This document shows, one piece after another, positions 40,921-51,499 of a stretch of DNA of 64,000 nt; the first letter of the stretch is position 1; every line of letters starts with the position of its first letter. The notes below the pieces were generated by a model. It was not told the origin of the DNA. It worked only from the letters and a program-made list of their open reading frames with translations, and made no database searches. The position numbers were made by a program, and so were the translations under genes. The DNA is from Candidatus Poribacteria bacterium (GTDB lineage Bacteria; Poribacteria; WGA-4E; WGA-3G). The stretch covers positions 1,696,001-1,760,000 of the forward strand of contig OZ244048.1 in assembly GCA_965215265.1 (NCBI GenBank), in the 5' to 3' direction.

Positions 40921-42321
40921 TTAAATATCAGGATGCAGTGTGTGCCACGTTGTGGCTTGTTCGTAGGCGTGACCCACCTGACATAAGCTCCGTTCTGACA
41001 AAGGCTTTCCGACAAATTGGATGCTGAGCGGTAACCCTTCGCTGTTCATGCCACATGGTACGGATAGCGTGGGTGCCCCGTTGTAGTCAAACGGCACGGT
41101 GAAGCGTTGGAATTTGGGTGGCCGGTCTTCATGCGCGCCGTAAAGTTTCTCTGGTGTAACGCGGTGCGGTGGGGCAGACATAGAGGGACATACGAGGACA
41201 TCAATGTCGGCGAACACCTTTTTCAGATTCCCTGTGCAGGCGGTTCTCAATTTATTGGCTTTGGCATATTCCGCGCCTGTGACGTTCGCGCCCATATCAA
41301 GCCAACCTCGGAACCATGGGCCGTAAGCGTCACGTTGAGCTGGATAAGTCGCCTCGTGTGCTGCCACTGCTTCAGCGGTACACAACGTCGGCCATGCGGA
41401 GACGTACTCATCCATGTCGGGCAGTTGAACTTCAACGATTTCTGCATTTTGTGCTGCGAGGACTTCCACGCCGGCGAGGACTGATTCAGCGAGCTCCGGG
41501 TCGATGTCTTCAGTGGCATAATTTTTGTCGAATCCGATGCGGATGTCTCGGATACCATCTCCTATTCCATCAAGCATCTGGGGCACCGGGTCCGGCAGGG
41601 AAGTCGGGTCATTTGGGTCAAAACCGGCAATCGTCTCAAATAGCACTGCAGCGTCAGCGACACTACGTGTCATGGGGCCGACGTGGTCAAGGGATTCAGC
41701 AAGCGGTAGCACGCCGTGGCGACTGACCCTGCCCCACGTCGGTTTCAATCCGACTGTCCCACACGCCGCGGCAGGGAAACGGATAGAACCGCCGGTATCA
41801 CTGCCGAGTGAACCGAAGCAGAGCCCGGCTGCCGTTGCGACACCGGAGCCGCTTGATGATGAACCGGTCCAGCGTTCGGGATTCCACGGGTTCTTCGGAA
41901 TCTCAAATTCCGGGTTGTAGCCGCCCATTGCGCCTTCGGTTAGATTGAGTTTGCCAAGTAACACGGCACCTGCTGCTTCAAGTCTCGCGACAACGGTGCT
42001 ATCAAATTCAGGCACGTGGTCTGTGAGTACTTTCGCCCCACCCATTGTGCGGACATCCTTGGTGAAACAGAGGTCCTTGACAGCGATAGGGATGCCGTGA
42101 AGCGATCCCCGGTAGTGGCCCGCACTAATCTCTGTCTCGGCTTTGTGGGCGGCAGTTATGGCGTGCTCTGTCATAACCGTTGCATAACTTTTCAATCGGC
42201 CGTCAAGTTCGGCAATGCGTTGAAGCATCGTGTATGTAACCGCGACTGGCGATAACTGTTTAGAGGCGATCTGCTCGGCAATTTCAGTGATTGTTTTGAA
42301 ATGAAGGGGCGTTTCGGGCAT
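40921..42321 (-). CDS. Amidase signature family protein (probable start 42321)
   Basis: GIPIAVKD, GSSSSGS, GSDTGGSIRFPA. Confidence 0.92.
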   Translation of the reverse strand: MPETPLHFKTITEIAEQIASKQLSPVAVTYTMLQRIAELDGRLKSYATVMTEHAITAAHKAETEISAGHYRGSLHGIPIAVKDLCFTKDVRTMGGAKVLTDHVPEFDSTVVARLEAAGAVLLGKLNLTEGAMGGYNPEFEIPKNPWNPERWTGSSSSGSGVATAAGLCFGSLGSDTGGSIRFPAAACGTVGLKPTWGRVSRHGVLPLAESLDHVGPMTRSVADAAVLFETIAGFDPNDPTSLPDPVPQMLDGIGDGIRDIRIGFDKNYATEDIDPELAESVLAGVEVLAAQNAEIVEVQLPDMDEYVSAWPTLCTAEAVAAHEATYPAQRDAYGPWFRGWLDMGANVTGAEYAKANKLRTACTGNLKKVFADIDVLVCPSMSAPPHRVTPEKLYGAHEDRPPKFQRFTVPFDYNGAPTLSVPCGMNSEGLPLSIQFVGKPLSERSLCQVGHAYEQATTWHTLHPDI

Positions 42322-42347
42322 GTGCTTTTCCTGATTCCTGGGATGTC

Positions 42348-43211
42348 TCAATTCGCAGCTGCTGGGCGGCTCCGTCCTAATAGGTCGAGCAGCCGATCAC
42401 TGGCATTTTGGAGCGCGTCTTCTGGCACGGGTACACTATTGCAGAGGCTAAACCGCCAATATGCCCAGTATGCGGCGTACTGTGATTGCAAAATATAGCG
42501 GGTTTGATTGGAGCGGTTGGGCGCACCGCGATGCCAGCACTGCGGGTCTTGTAGATAGATGTCGCCTGCCTTGCAGAAAACAGAGACTGGTTTATTCCCT
42601 TCAAATTCAGGGTTTTGGGTGTCGTTGGGATGTCTACCTGAGTAATGGCTGCCACGCACGTACTGCGTCGGCCCCTGTTCGATTGAATCAATATCATTCA
42701 ATGCCATCTGAACGGTGAACCACATGACCGGCATCCGCAGGCGCGGATCATGGCGTGGCATCTCATCCGTGACAGGGAAATGAACCGAGCCGTCCACATG
42801 CCACCGGTCGATCGAGAGCCCGGGCAAATTCCGTAGCACATTTTGCCCACAAAACTTACAATCCTTGCCGACGATCGCCTCGGCTAAGCTAAGGATCGGC
42901 TCGCGGAGCAGCATATCCCGGAAAATCGGGTCGAGTTCAATCGTGTTCCGCAAAATGAACGGAAGGTGTTCACCGGAGTCGCTATGTGCCCCCATCTGGA
43001 TGTATCTCACATCGGCGAGGTCCGGATTGGTTCTTTCAGCTAGGTGCGGATCCGCGAAGAATTCATCGGTTTTCTGGCGGAGTGCTGTAACCTCTTCATC
43101 AGTCAGCACCCCCGGAATATGGACGAACCCGTCGCGGAAAAATTGTTGGGCGATCTGCGCGGTTTTCTCCGTGCTGAAGGGTTCACCCTTGAGAATTGCA
43201 GTGTGAGGCAT
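42348..43211 (-). CDS. PhyH-family dioxygenase
   Basis: FFRDGFV, WHVD, QGPTQYVRGSH, WHRGAPN; SD GAGGAG precedes ATG 43211. Confidence 0.88.
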   Translation of the reverse strand: MPHTAILKGEPFSTEKTAQIAQQFFRDGFVHIPGVLTDEEVTALRQKTDEFFADPHLAERTNPDLADVRYIQMGAHSDSGEHLPFILRNTIELDPIFRDMLLREPILSLAEAIVGKDCKFCGQNVLRNLPGLSIDRWHVDGSVHFPVTDEMPRHDPRLRMPVMWFTVQMALNDIDSIEQGPTQYVRGSHYSGRHPNDTQNPEFEGNKPVSVFCKAGDIYLQDPQCWHRGAPNRSNQTRYILQSQYAAYWAYWRFSLCNSVPVPEDALQNASDRLLDLLGRSRPAAAN

Positions 43212-43245
43212 GTTTTGTTCCTCCTCTGTTCCCATTGAATCGCTG

Positions 43246-43327
43246 ATAGTTCCTGACCCGATTTGTTTTTTCTGTGGAAACAGTCCTTTCCTATACGATT
43301 CAGAAACTTGCTTATATTTACACTATC
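43246..43327. repeat. 82-bp direct repeat, copy 1
   Basis: Near-identical to 44184-44265. Confidence 0.95.
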
Positions 43328-43367
43328 TAGCAGAATTATAGTAAACTCCCTAGAAGGCAGGCAAACG

Positions 43368-43967
43368 TTAGTTTGAATCTCGGTTAAATTTTGATATTAG
43401 AAAATTCACTGCGTCCGATGTTAAATTTGGAATCTCTGTGACTATTTCTTTTCGTCCGAGTTTGGAAAAAGACGGTTGATGTTCACGTAGTCTACGAACA
43501 CAAGAGATATCAGCGTCAAGGTGAGGTCTGATTCGTTCTAAGGCACGTTTGTAACTCGGTAGAGTAGGATGCCAGTTAGGCTCGCCCAGCACCTTTTCCA
43601 TGTAGTAAAAAGCGAAGTAGCAAGCAACTCCCTCTTCAAAATTAGTGGCATGATTTCCACCGGTCGGTGCGAGCAAATGGACTGTTTCATGGGCTAGTTG
43701 ATAGTATGCTTGCGAAGTGTTTTTAGCAGCACCAGCACATAGGTTAAGTCGAATAATGATCTGCGAATCATTTATATGCCAAATATACGGAATATCAGAA
43801 GTAAATTCTATACCCAGGATGGTGTACGAAGTATCCCGGGGACCGAATAATCTTTCAGCCTTGTCAAGCATATCCCCTAGACGAGAAGCTAATGTATAGG
43901 TGTATCTGCAGTCATTGGGCAGACGTTCTGCAACCAGCAGCTCATTATTGATCTTAATATCTTGCAT
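43368..43967 (-). CDS. HExxH zincin protein (ImmA/IrrE-like)
   Basis: QLAHETVH followed by FEEG; AT-richer than its neighbours. Confidence 0.65.
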   Translation of the reverse strand: MQDIKINNELLVAERLPNDCRYTYTLASRLGDMLDKAERLFGPRDTSYTILGIEFTSDIPYIWHINDSQIIIRLNLCAGAAKNTSQAYYQLAHETVHLLAPTGGNHATNFEEGVACYFAFYYMEKVLGEPNWHPTLPSYKRALERIRPHLDADISCVRRLREHQPSFSKLGRKEIVTEIPNLTSDAVNFLISKFNRDSN

Positions 43968-44183
43968 GATTTGTTCCTTTTATAGTAGATTTTAGAATGA
44001 CTGATATATTTGAAGAATGTCCTCAAGAGGCTTGTCAGCATGATATTCTCGAAGCCGTTTGAGATTTGCAAAGTCATGTTCAATTAGATTCAAATCCCGC
44101 GGATACGGCAGCAGAAATAGCAATGTTGCGAAAACAGTTTAACACTTTTGAAGAAAAATGTCACTGTATTTTTCTAACTCACT

Positions 44184-44265
44184 ATAGTTCCTGATCTGAT
44201 TCGTTTTTTCTGTGGGAACAGTCCTTTCCTATAAGATTCAGAAACTTGCTTATATTTACACTATC
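44184..44265. repeat. 82-bp direct repeat, copy 2
   Basis: Near-identical to 43246-43327. Confidence 0.95.
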
Positions 44266-44385
44266 CGGTCAAATTGATAAGTTCTCATTCTATTCATATC
44301 GTCCCATGTAATTGCTTTCCATATAAGTCTTTCGTCCGTCGAATACAAATAAAAATTGTACACCCGCACTTGATAATGCTGAAAT

Positions 44386-47300
44386 TTATTCAGCAATAAT
44401 GCCATAAAGGGCAGCTACCCCTCGATCCAGTTTATCCTCAAGGACAGACACGTCGGCATTTAAATCCGCTCGTTTCGCGGAGAGAATCTCATCAACCAAC
44501 GTAACAATCGGTACTTGTTGCTGAGGTGAGACATCAGGAACCGGGAGTTGCTTCCAGTCGTCAGGGTAGAGAGAGATGTTGCTCCGCCGATTCGCTCTCA
44601 GGAAATTATGGGCGAAATTGGAATTCATCACGCCAAGCAAGAACTTCACGGAGAATCGACGGCTTGTTTTCTCAAGTTCTTCGCGTTGTGGCAAATCTGA
44701 ACGTTGGGGAGTTTCATCTTGATAACGGGTGCGTTGTTTTATCGACTTATTCCGAACGCCTGCTAAGTGATGCCAAAGAATGAATCCAATACTATTCGCT
44801 GTGAAAATGAGGTTCTGGTCATCATAACAAGCCTTTGGGTCCGGGCCAGGGTTCCGCGGGGCTAGAATGTTTTCATCAACTTCATAGAGCTCAGGGAAAT
44901 TTACTGAATTAAATAGGCTAGGTGCTCGTTCAGTTCCCCACTCTAGCCATTTGTGTGTAACAGGAATCCATCTTCCAAGATGCTTTCCTTCTACAAACGG
45001 CTTCGGATGCAACTCGTCCCTAGTGTCTGAAACTACATCTTTCTCCTTAAATGCACCTCGTGCTCTTCTTGAGTGTGCATGAACGCTCATCCCTGTTGTA
45101 ATATAACAAATTTTATCAAGTGTCACCGTTTGAATGGAGAATTGTTCAGCCCCGGTGTCTTCTGGAAAAAAGACGCGAGAGGTGAGGGACCGTTGTTCGT
45201 TCGTTGGTAAGGACGTAACGTCTCCGAACTCAAGTGCATGCACGCGGCGGTTAGGTTGATGGCGGTTTCCATCTGTCCGTTGAAACAGATAGATGAGGTT
45301 TTTCACAGCAGCGTCAAAGATTTGAAGATTGCTAAGAAAGTCAAGCCGCAGGATGCGGCTATTTTTCAAAAACCAGTCATGAGATTTCTGTGCGTATTTT
45401 GCGTGGCAGTACGCATCCGAAACGATGAGCGTTGTAAAACCGCCGGGCTTGAGGAGTTTGTAACTCCGTTCAATGAACGGAATATACAGATCCCATTTAC
45501 CGTAAAGCGTTTCATACTGATTGCTATCTCTAATTTGCTGACGTAACGTTTGTAGTCCTTCTGCGTCTGCCCGGACGTAGGGCGGGTTGCCGATGGTAAT
45601 GTTAAAACCCTCTGCGAGCCCGAACATCCATTCTGGGTCGAAAAAGTCAGCAGAAGCGTTCTGATCGTAGGGGTCCCAGGCGGCGATTTCTTGGGCGGTG
45701 CTGCTCGGTAAACCGAGCACGTTGAGCAATTTGCCAATTTCGGCACGGAGGACGGCATCTCGTTCGCGATAGCGTGTTTTGGTACGCGGTGTGCGTGCTG
45801 TAAAGTGGCGACGGCGTACCGCTTCAAGTTCTTTCTCTTTTTTTATAATTTCTGGGGTACGGAGAGACAATTGACCTGTGATACCGAGGAGCGCGTTTGC
45901 GGAGACAAACTTGGTTTCTAGATTTGGGAGGGGACGCACGCCGCGGTTTTCGAGCGTGTCGTCGATTTTCTGATCGACAATGAGAGAGATGAAGCATCGA
46001 AGTTTGGCTATCTGTGCGGCAACCGGCTGGATATCTACGCCGTAGATGCAGTTTTCAATTAGGAAGAGTTTGCGGCCGTAGTCGAGCTCGTTCCGTTCGA
46101 ACGCCTCATTGATATTGTTGATTTCCCCTTCAAGGTCGCGGATGGTGTTCTCTCTAACTGTGCTGTCGTCTATTGCCTCGGCTGCTTTGATGGTGTTTTC
46201 TACTCTGGCAATCTGTCGTTGTCTCCACCGGTCGTTGCGCGGGTCGAGTTTTGCGAGGATGAAAACGAGTTTATGCAGCACGCCCATTGGGAAGGCGCCC
46301 GAGCCGCAGGCAGGGTCGAGAATCTTGAGGGTATCGATGGCTCTTATCAGCTGCGTGGTTTCCTCGTCGTTAAATTGATGGGGTGCGTCGTTATAGGCGA
46401 TTAGGTGTCGGAGTCTCTTTTCAATATCAGATGTCTCTGAGTCGGACATTGTCGTCTGCTGTGTCTCAAGTTCGGTTTTGAGGTAGGCAACGAGCGATTC
46501 GTTAACCATATAGTCGACGATTTCACGCGGTGTGTAGAAAGAGCCGGTCTGCTTGCGGGCGGTTACGCCGGTTTCGGGGTTGTAGGCAGCCAGCAGGTTT
46601 TCGAAGACTTTTCCGAGTAATTCAGGATCAAGCGCGATTTCCTCCTCGATCGGTGTGTTCTCGGTAATCGTAAATTTGTATCGGTGGAGGATTTCAATCA
46701 ACCCGCTGACTTTGTAGCGCTTGCCTTTTGTATCGTAGAACTTGTTGAGGTCCACGTTCTTTTCTTCGGAAAAGAAAAGGAAATTGGGAACAGAGAGCGG
46801 ATTGTCATCCCGGTCGGAGAAGCCGTCAACTCGTAGGACGTTTTTGGACTCTCCCTTGACTTTCTTATCGAGACACTCGAACAGCCCGCCATTAAGAAAA
46901 GGTATCTGCTCAAACAAGCGGAGTGCCTCGTCTGCATCGTTAAAATACGACTTATAGCGGTAGAGCGATGTGATATTGTAGTGTTGTCGTCCGTCGCCGC
47001 GGAATTTGCGGTTAGTGGGCTTTTCGGGAGTGTTCATCTCCTGATTAAGCGTCGCGAAGAAAAGGTTTTGGAGGATCGCCTTGTAATAGGTGCTCTCCTG
47101 CGGTTCGGTGTTAACAAGGATTTTCTCTATCTCTCTCTGCGTAAAGAGTGTATCTGGCACTAATCTCTTTTCCTTGATGAACCAGGCGAAAATCAAGCGT
47201 GTAATCAAGCGGATGACACTGGTGGCGTTTCGGATTCCACTATCTGCCCCGGCATCGTATGGAAATGTTACGTTCTCCACTGCCCAGAAATACCAGTGGG

Positions 47301-47997
47301 AGAGTTCGCGATAGAACTGTCTGTTTAGTTCTTGAATATCCAGTGTTTTTGTCCAGGCGCGATGCAGTTCAACAAAGTTGCTAAAACCGTGCACTCTGAA
47401 TAATTCCTCGCACGACAGTTCAAACAGAATTTTGATGTGAGCCGGATGCGGTGCTTGGAAGTCGATATCCTTAATCAGCGTTACCTTTTCGAGTACATCT
47501 TTGGTGCCATCGCGTTTATGTAAACGCCGGTTGATGACGGCGAAGGTTAAGGTTTGTCCGTGCTGGAAGATTATCATAGCGGGCATCGGGGTGAGTTTGT
47601 TGATTTCGCGGGTGATGTTGGCGAGCTGTGTACGGGTGTAAGTGTTTGCCTGTAGCTTCAGCGCAAAGAATAGGTAGGACTCAATAATGGTGTTATCAAT
47701 TTGTTGATTGTTGAAGGGGAGGCGTTTTTGAGTGCTTCCGGAGATTTCTTCTGCTGTCAGTTGGAACAGTAAATCGATTGATTCCCATTCATTTACGAGT
47801 GCCCGTTCCTTGTTGAGTTTACCAAACAGATCGAAATTGGAAATAAACGCTTCGGCGAGATTAGATTCAAAATCCACGGTTATTTCGCTTTGGTAGCCGA
47901 GTGTGTTAAGCAGGTTTCTGGCATTCCTGACTAGGGAGTGGTGGGGAAAATCTTTTAGTGCTTGTTCAATGTTTTTCATCGCGTGCAGTCTGTTCAT
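44386..47997 (-). CDS. Type IIG-like (Eco57I/TaqI-C) N6-adenine DNA methyltransferase / RM protein
   Basis: GSFYTP, DPACGSGAF, NPPY and a C-terminal TRD. ATG 47997 overlaps the helicase stop (ATGA). Confidence 0.9.
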   Translation of the reverse strand: MNRLHAMKNIEQALKDFPHHSLVRNARNLLNTLGYQSEITVDFESNLAEAFISNFDLFGKLNKERALVNEWESIDLLFQLTAEEISGSTQKRLPFNNQQIDNTIIESYLFFALKLQANTYTRTQLANITREINKLTPMPAMIIFQHGQTLTFAVINRRLHKRDGTKDVLEKVTLIKDIDFQAPHPAHIKILFELSCEELFRVHGFSNFVELHRAWTKTLDIQELNRQFYRELSHWYFWAVENVTFPYDAGADSGIRNATSVIRLITRLIFAWFIKEKRLVPDTLFTQREIEKILVNTEPQESTYYKAILQNLFFATLNQEMNTPEKPTNRKFRGDGRQHYNITSLYRYKSYFNDADEALRLFEQIPFLNGGLFECLDKKVKGESKNVLRVDGFSDRDDNPLSVPNFLFFSEEKNVDLNKFYDTKGKRYKVSGLIEILHRYKFTITENTPIEEEIALDPELLGKVFENLLAAYNPETGVTARKQTGSFYTPREIVDYMVNESLVAYLKTELETQQTTMSDSETSDIEKRLRHLIAYNDAPHQFNDEETTQLIRAIDTLKILDPACGSGAFPMGVLHKLVFILAKLDPRNDRWRQRQIARVENTIKAAEAIDDSTVRENTIRDLEGEINNINEAFERNELDYGRKLFLIENCIYGVDIQPVAAQIAKLRCFISLIVDQKIDDTLENRGVRPLPNLETKFVSANALLGITGQLSLRTPEIIKKEKELEAVRRRHFTARTPRTKTRYRERDAVLRAEIGKLLNVLGLPSSTAQEIAAWDPYDQNASADFFDPEWMFGLAEGFNITIGNPPYVRADAEGLQTLRQQIRDSNQYETLYGKWDLYIPFIERSYKLLKPGGFTTLIVSDAYCHAKYAQKSHDWFLKNSRILRLDFLSNLQIFDAAVKNLIYLFQRTDGNRHQPNRRVHALEFGDVTSLPTNEQRSLTSRVFFPEDTGAEQFSIQTVTLDKICYITTGMSVHAHSRRARGAFKEKDVVSDTRDELHPKPFVEGKHLGRWIPVTHKWLEWGTERAPSLFNSVNFPELYEVDENILAPRNPGPDPKACYDDQNLIFTANSIGFILWHHLAGVRNKSIKQRTRYQDETPQRSDLPQREELEKTSRRFSVKFLLGVMNSNFAHNFLRANRRSNISLYPDDWKQLPVPDVSPQQQVPIVTLVDEILSAKRADLNADVSVLEDKLDRGVAALYGIIAE

Positions 47998-50900
47998 TGA
48001 ATCACCAGCCATGTAATAAGTTCAAAATCAGTTGTATTGCTAACCTGTTTTTGTTGCTTTAGCATCTTACCGCTGCGGCTTGATAAGAGGTTGCCGATGG
48101 CACGTTTTTGGTAGGTGCGCGTGATTGAGTTAACAGCTTTCTGGAGGAGGGCGTTGTAGTGCGTCATATTTTCTCCGTTGTGGGTGTGTTTGTCAAACAG
48201 GGTGCACAACTCTTCATACGGCTGCTTGACTCCTGCACAGAGTTGTCGGTACATCTCAAATATCTGTTTGGGTTGTGCAAAAGTAAAGCGTACGATGCCG
48301 TCGTCGCGAATGTAGACAAGAAAGTAGGGTTGCAAGGGGTTTATCTGTTCATTTCCGGTTGAATCACCTTTTTGACGCAAACAGAAAATGACACCTTTGG
48401 TTATGGTTTGATAATCGGGATGTGATGGTACAACGGCATAAAGTCCGAAAGGTGCATCTTCAAGGCGCTTGCGGTTGCTTTGAATATAATTCACCAAGTC
48501 GATACGGAATTCATCTAGGTTAAATTCATTGAGTACGACGTTTTCGCTGAAATCTTCGAGGTCTAGGACTTCATCTTTGAGTTTTAGTAGTTGCCGGTCT
48601 CGGTATTTGAGTTCATCTGTGAGGTGTTCCTGAATATTTTCTGGTTGTAGGAGGTTGTCGCCCTGGGTTGCGGCGATATCCACGAGTGCCATTCGTGCCT
48701 CGACGCGATTTTTGAGTTTGATGTAGCGGTTGAGGTCTGGTGTCGGCCAAAAGTTGACAAGTTTGACGTTGCGATTGATACTACCGATGCGGTCTATTCT
48801 GCCGAAGCGTTGAATGATACGGACTGGGTTCCAGTGAATGTCGTAGTTAATGAGATAATCACAGTCTTGCAAGTTTTGGCCTTCGGAAATGCAGTCTGTG
48901 CCAATCAAGAGGTCAATTTCGGCATCTTGTGGCATAGAATCTATCGCGGCGCGTTTTCTGGATTCTGGAGAGAAATTGGTTAGGATATGTTCAAATTTGC
49001 TACGGCCGAAAGTTGTTTTATTCCCGCTTGTGCCTCCGGATACCATTGCGGTATGAATTCCGAATTCTTCGGATGCCCATTGCTGTAAAGCGTCGTAAAG
49101 ATAGGTGGCTGTATCCGCAAAAGCGGTAAAGATTAATACTTTACGATTTGGGTTGCCGTTCCGGTCAGTGGTAGGATTTTTTACCTTTTCAGCAATTAAT
49201 TCCTGGAGTTTGGCGAGTTTTGCATCACGTTCAGGCGTAATGTCCTTTGCGTAAATATAAGGCAGCTCAAGTTGCTCCTGGTCACGGTTCAGGTCTGCTA
49301 ACCACCTTTCGACGTCAAGGTGTGCCATTTTGAAGACCAGTTTTTTCCCTACCTGCATCGCTGCTTGTAACTCTTCGTCGTCAAGTTCCTCAATTTGAAT
49401 CTCTTCCAGGCTAAGTTCAGAATTTTCATCTTGGAATTTTTGGAACCGTTCGATGCGTTTTTTTAGATCGTCAAGTTTTGCGATGGTTCGTTCCAACGTA
49501 ATAGCAAAGGAGTGGACGGAACTTTCCAAGCGTTTAAGAAAGTTCACCTTCATCATGCCGATTAGGTAGTATTCCCGGTCGGTTTGTTTGAAATTTTTAA
49601 TCTGTCCCAAATCATATTCGTCATAATATTCGGGCAGAATATATTTTGAAGGGTTGAATAGAGAAAGTTGGTAGTTGGAAATTTCTTCGTTTAATTCGTC
49701 GTAAGATAGGAACTGACGTTTCAGATCAATCTCGGAGTAGACAGAAACGGGCTTGGTTCGTTTGGGGAATCCGCCTAGTTTTTTTAGCGATTCGGGATAG
49801 TATTTTTCAATATGTTTTCGCGAACGCGCAATAGTCAATTCATCGAGCAGTATGAAAAAAGCGGAGCTGAGTTTTTCCAATAAATCTCGGGTGTGCCGTC
49901 TCTCTTTCTCTTTTGTCCAGTGTGTGAAAGTTCTTTGTGCATCTGCGAGCGTACTTTTCAGGCTATCGATACTTAACGATTCTCGAAAAGCATCATCTTG
50001 GTTTGCGGTAAGAAAAGAGATTTGATTCCGTAGTTCTTTCAAATCATTGTTGACAGGCGTTGCGGAAAGCAGCAGCACCTTGGTTTTGATACCGTTCTGG
50101 ATAATATCTTCCATTAATCGCTGGTATCGGCTTTTGCTAATCAAGTTTCCGTCTTCGTCCCGTTTGCCCTGTGTATTGTTTCGAAAGTTGTGTGACTCGT
50201 CAATAACAACCAAGTCATAGTTTCCCCAATTGAGGGTTTCGAGATTAATGTTTCCGGAGTATCCACTATCCCGGCTGAGGTCTGTGTGGGATAGGACTGC
50301 GTATCTAAATCCGTCTTTGAGGAACAGGTTGAGCTCACTATTATTTTCTGCTTGATAAATCGTCCAATTGTCCCGGAGTTTTTTGGGGCATAACACCAGT
50401 ACGTTCTGGTTGCGCAATTCAAAGTACTTGATGATTGCGAGAGCCTCAAAGGTTTTGCCGAGGCCGACACTATCAGCGATGATACAACCGTTGTGTCGAA
50501 GGATTTTGTTAATTGCGCCTTTTACTCCATCCTTTTGAAATTCAAACAGGTAATTCCAGATGTGTGTATCAGTGAGCTGCACATCCTCTGTGAGGAGTCC
50601 ATCTTTTTCTTGCTGTTCTAGGAATTGCCCAAAAATGTGATAAAGCGTTTTATAATAAATGAACTCCGGGGCGTGGTTTTGATAGAGTTGTTCGAGGTAT
50701 GATAAGACTTCCGCTTTAACATCCTCTACAAGTTCGTCGTTATCCCAGATGGTATCGAACCACATTTTGAGTGCGTGCCGGTCTCGGTTGCTGTCCACCT
50801 CCAAATTGAGTTCGATGTTATTGGCGTTTGAGCTGATTCCGAGTCCGCGTACGGTAAAATTGGAGCTACCGACTATTGCCTCCTCCACCCCGTTATTAGA

Positions 50901-51296
50901 GATATAGTACATCTTGCCGTGCATCAAATTAGAGTTTTGAATTGAGCGGATGTGAACCTTTTCTCGAATCCAGTCTGCGCATGCTTTTGCAATCCAATTC
51001 TGTTTTAACCGGTCGTCAAATTCTAAGCCTTCGTCCTCAATCTTAAACGCTTTTTTGTTGCTGGAGGCTGAATCGATCTGTTTGATAAAACGCGGTTCAC
51101 CGTACAGGAACCGGAGTTCTTTAATGTCTGTGAGTTGTGTTCTGAGTGCCTGAAAAGCATAAATTGTGAAGTATGCGGAGACAATAGAGAGGGATGTTCC
51201 GTCTTCTATTTTGGATTTCAGAAAATCCCCAACGTTTCTCGCGCAGAAGTTATCTAGGATTCCGGATTCTTGGAAAGATGAGTTATGACTTGCCAT
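47994..51296 (-). CDS. PLD-nuclease / SNF2-like helicase fusion
   Basis: HGK...GSSN (PLD), ADSVGLGKT, DESH, SATP, SEGQNLQ, QRFGRIDR. Confidence 0.9.
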   Translation of the reverse strand: MASHNSSFQESGILDNFCARNVGDFLKSKIEDGTSLSIVSAYFTIYAFQALRTQLTDIKELRFLYGEPRFIKQIDSASSNKKAFKIEDEGLEFDDRLKQNWIAKACADWIREKVHIRSIQNSNLMHGKMYYISNNGVEEAIVGSSNFTVRGLGISSNANNIELNLEVDSNRDRHALKMWFDTIWDNDELVEDVKAEVLSYLEQLYQNHAPEFIYYKTLYHIFGQFLEQQEKDGLLTEDVQLTDTHIWNYLFEFQKDGVKGAINKILRHNGCIIADSVGLGKTFEALAIIKYFELRNQNVLVLCPKKLRDNWTIYQAENNSELNLFLKDGFRYAVLSHTDLSRDSGYSGNINLETLNWGNYDLVVIDESHNFRNNTQGKRDEDGNLISKSRYQRLMEDIIQNGIKTKVLLLSATPVNNDLKELRNQISFLTANQDDAFRESLSIDSLKSTLADAQRTFTHWTKEKERRHTRDLLEKLSSAFFILLDELTIARSRKHIEKYYPESLKKLGGFPKRTKPVSVYSEIDLKRQFLSYDELNEEISNYQLSLFNPSKYILPEYYDEYDLGQIKNFKQTDREYYLIGMMKVNFLKRLESSVHSFAITLERTIAKLDDLKKRIERFQKFQDENSELSLEEIQIEELDDEELQAAMQVGKKLVFKMAHLDVERWLADLNRDQEQLELPYIYAKDITPERDAKLAKLQELIAEKVKNPTTDRNGNPNRKVLIFTAFADTATYLYDALQQWASEEFGIHTAMVSGGTSGNKTTFGRSKFEHILTNFSPESRKRAAIDSMPQDAEIDLLIGTDCISEGQNLQDCDYLINYDIHWNPVRIIQRFGRIDRIGSINRNVKLVNFWPTPDLNRYIKLKNRVEARMALVDIAATQGDNLLQPENIQEHLTDELKYRDRQLLKLKDEVLDLEDFSENVVLNEFNLDEFRIDLVNYIQSNRKRLEDAPFGLYAVVPSHPDYQTITKGVIFCLRQKGDSTGNEQINPLQPYFLVYIRDDGIVRFTFAQPKQIFEMYRQLCAGVKQPYEELCTLFDKHTHNGENMTHYNALLQKAVNSITRTYQKRAIGNLLSSRSGKMLKQQKQVSNTTDFELITWLVIQ

Positions 51297-51499
51297 AGGT
51301 TATTCGCAACCTTTCTGATAGTTTTAGGGTTTTAAGAGACGCAATCCGTTTTCGGTTAATAGATAATCCTTTTCGTAAGCAAGTTAGCAAATTTTATGAA
51401 ATTCCCCCTTAAGACGTTATAAGATACCAAGTTTTGAAAAAATTTTCAAGAAAAAGCAGATGCGTTTTGTGGGGGGCTCCATTATCAATTAATTATATT

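Noticed and set aside
40921-42351. gatA
   Set aside because: No gatB/gatC neighbours, and the sequence fits a general amidase next to a PhyH gene.
44386-51296. Complete BREX or DISARM system
   Set aside because: No pglZ, brxC or drmA/drmB-like genes are adjacent; only the helicase-methylase pair is present.
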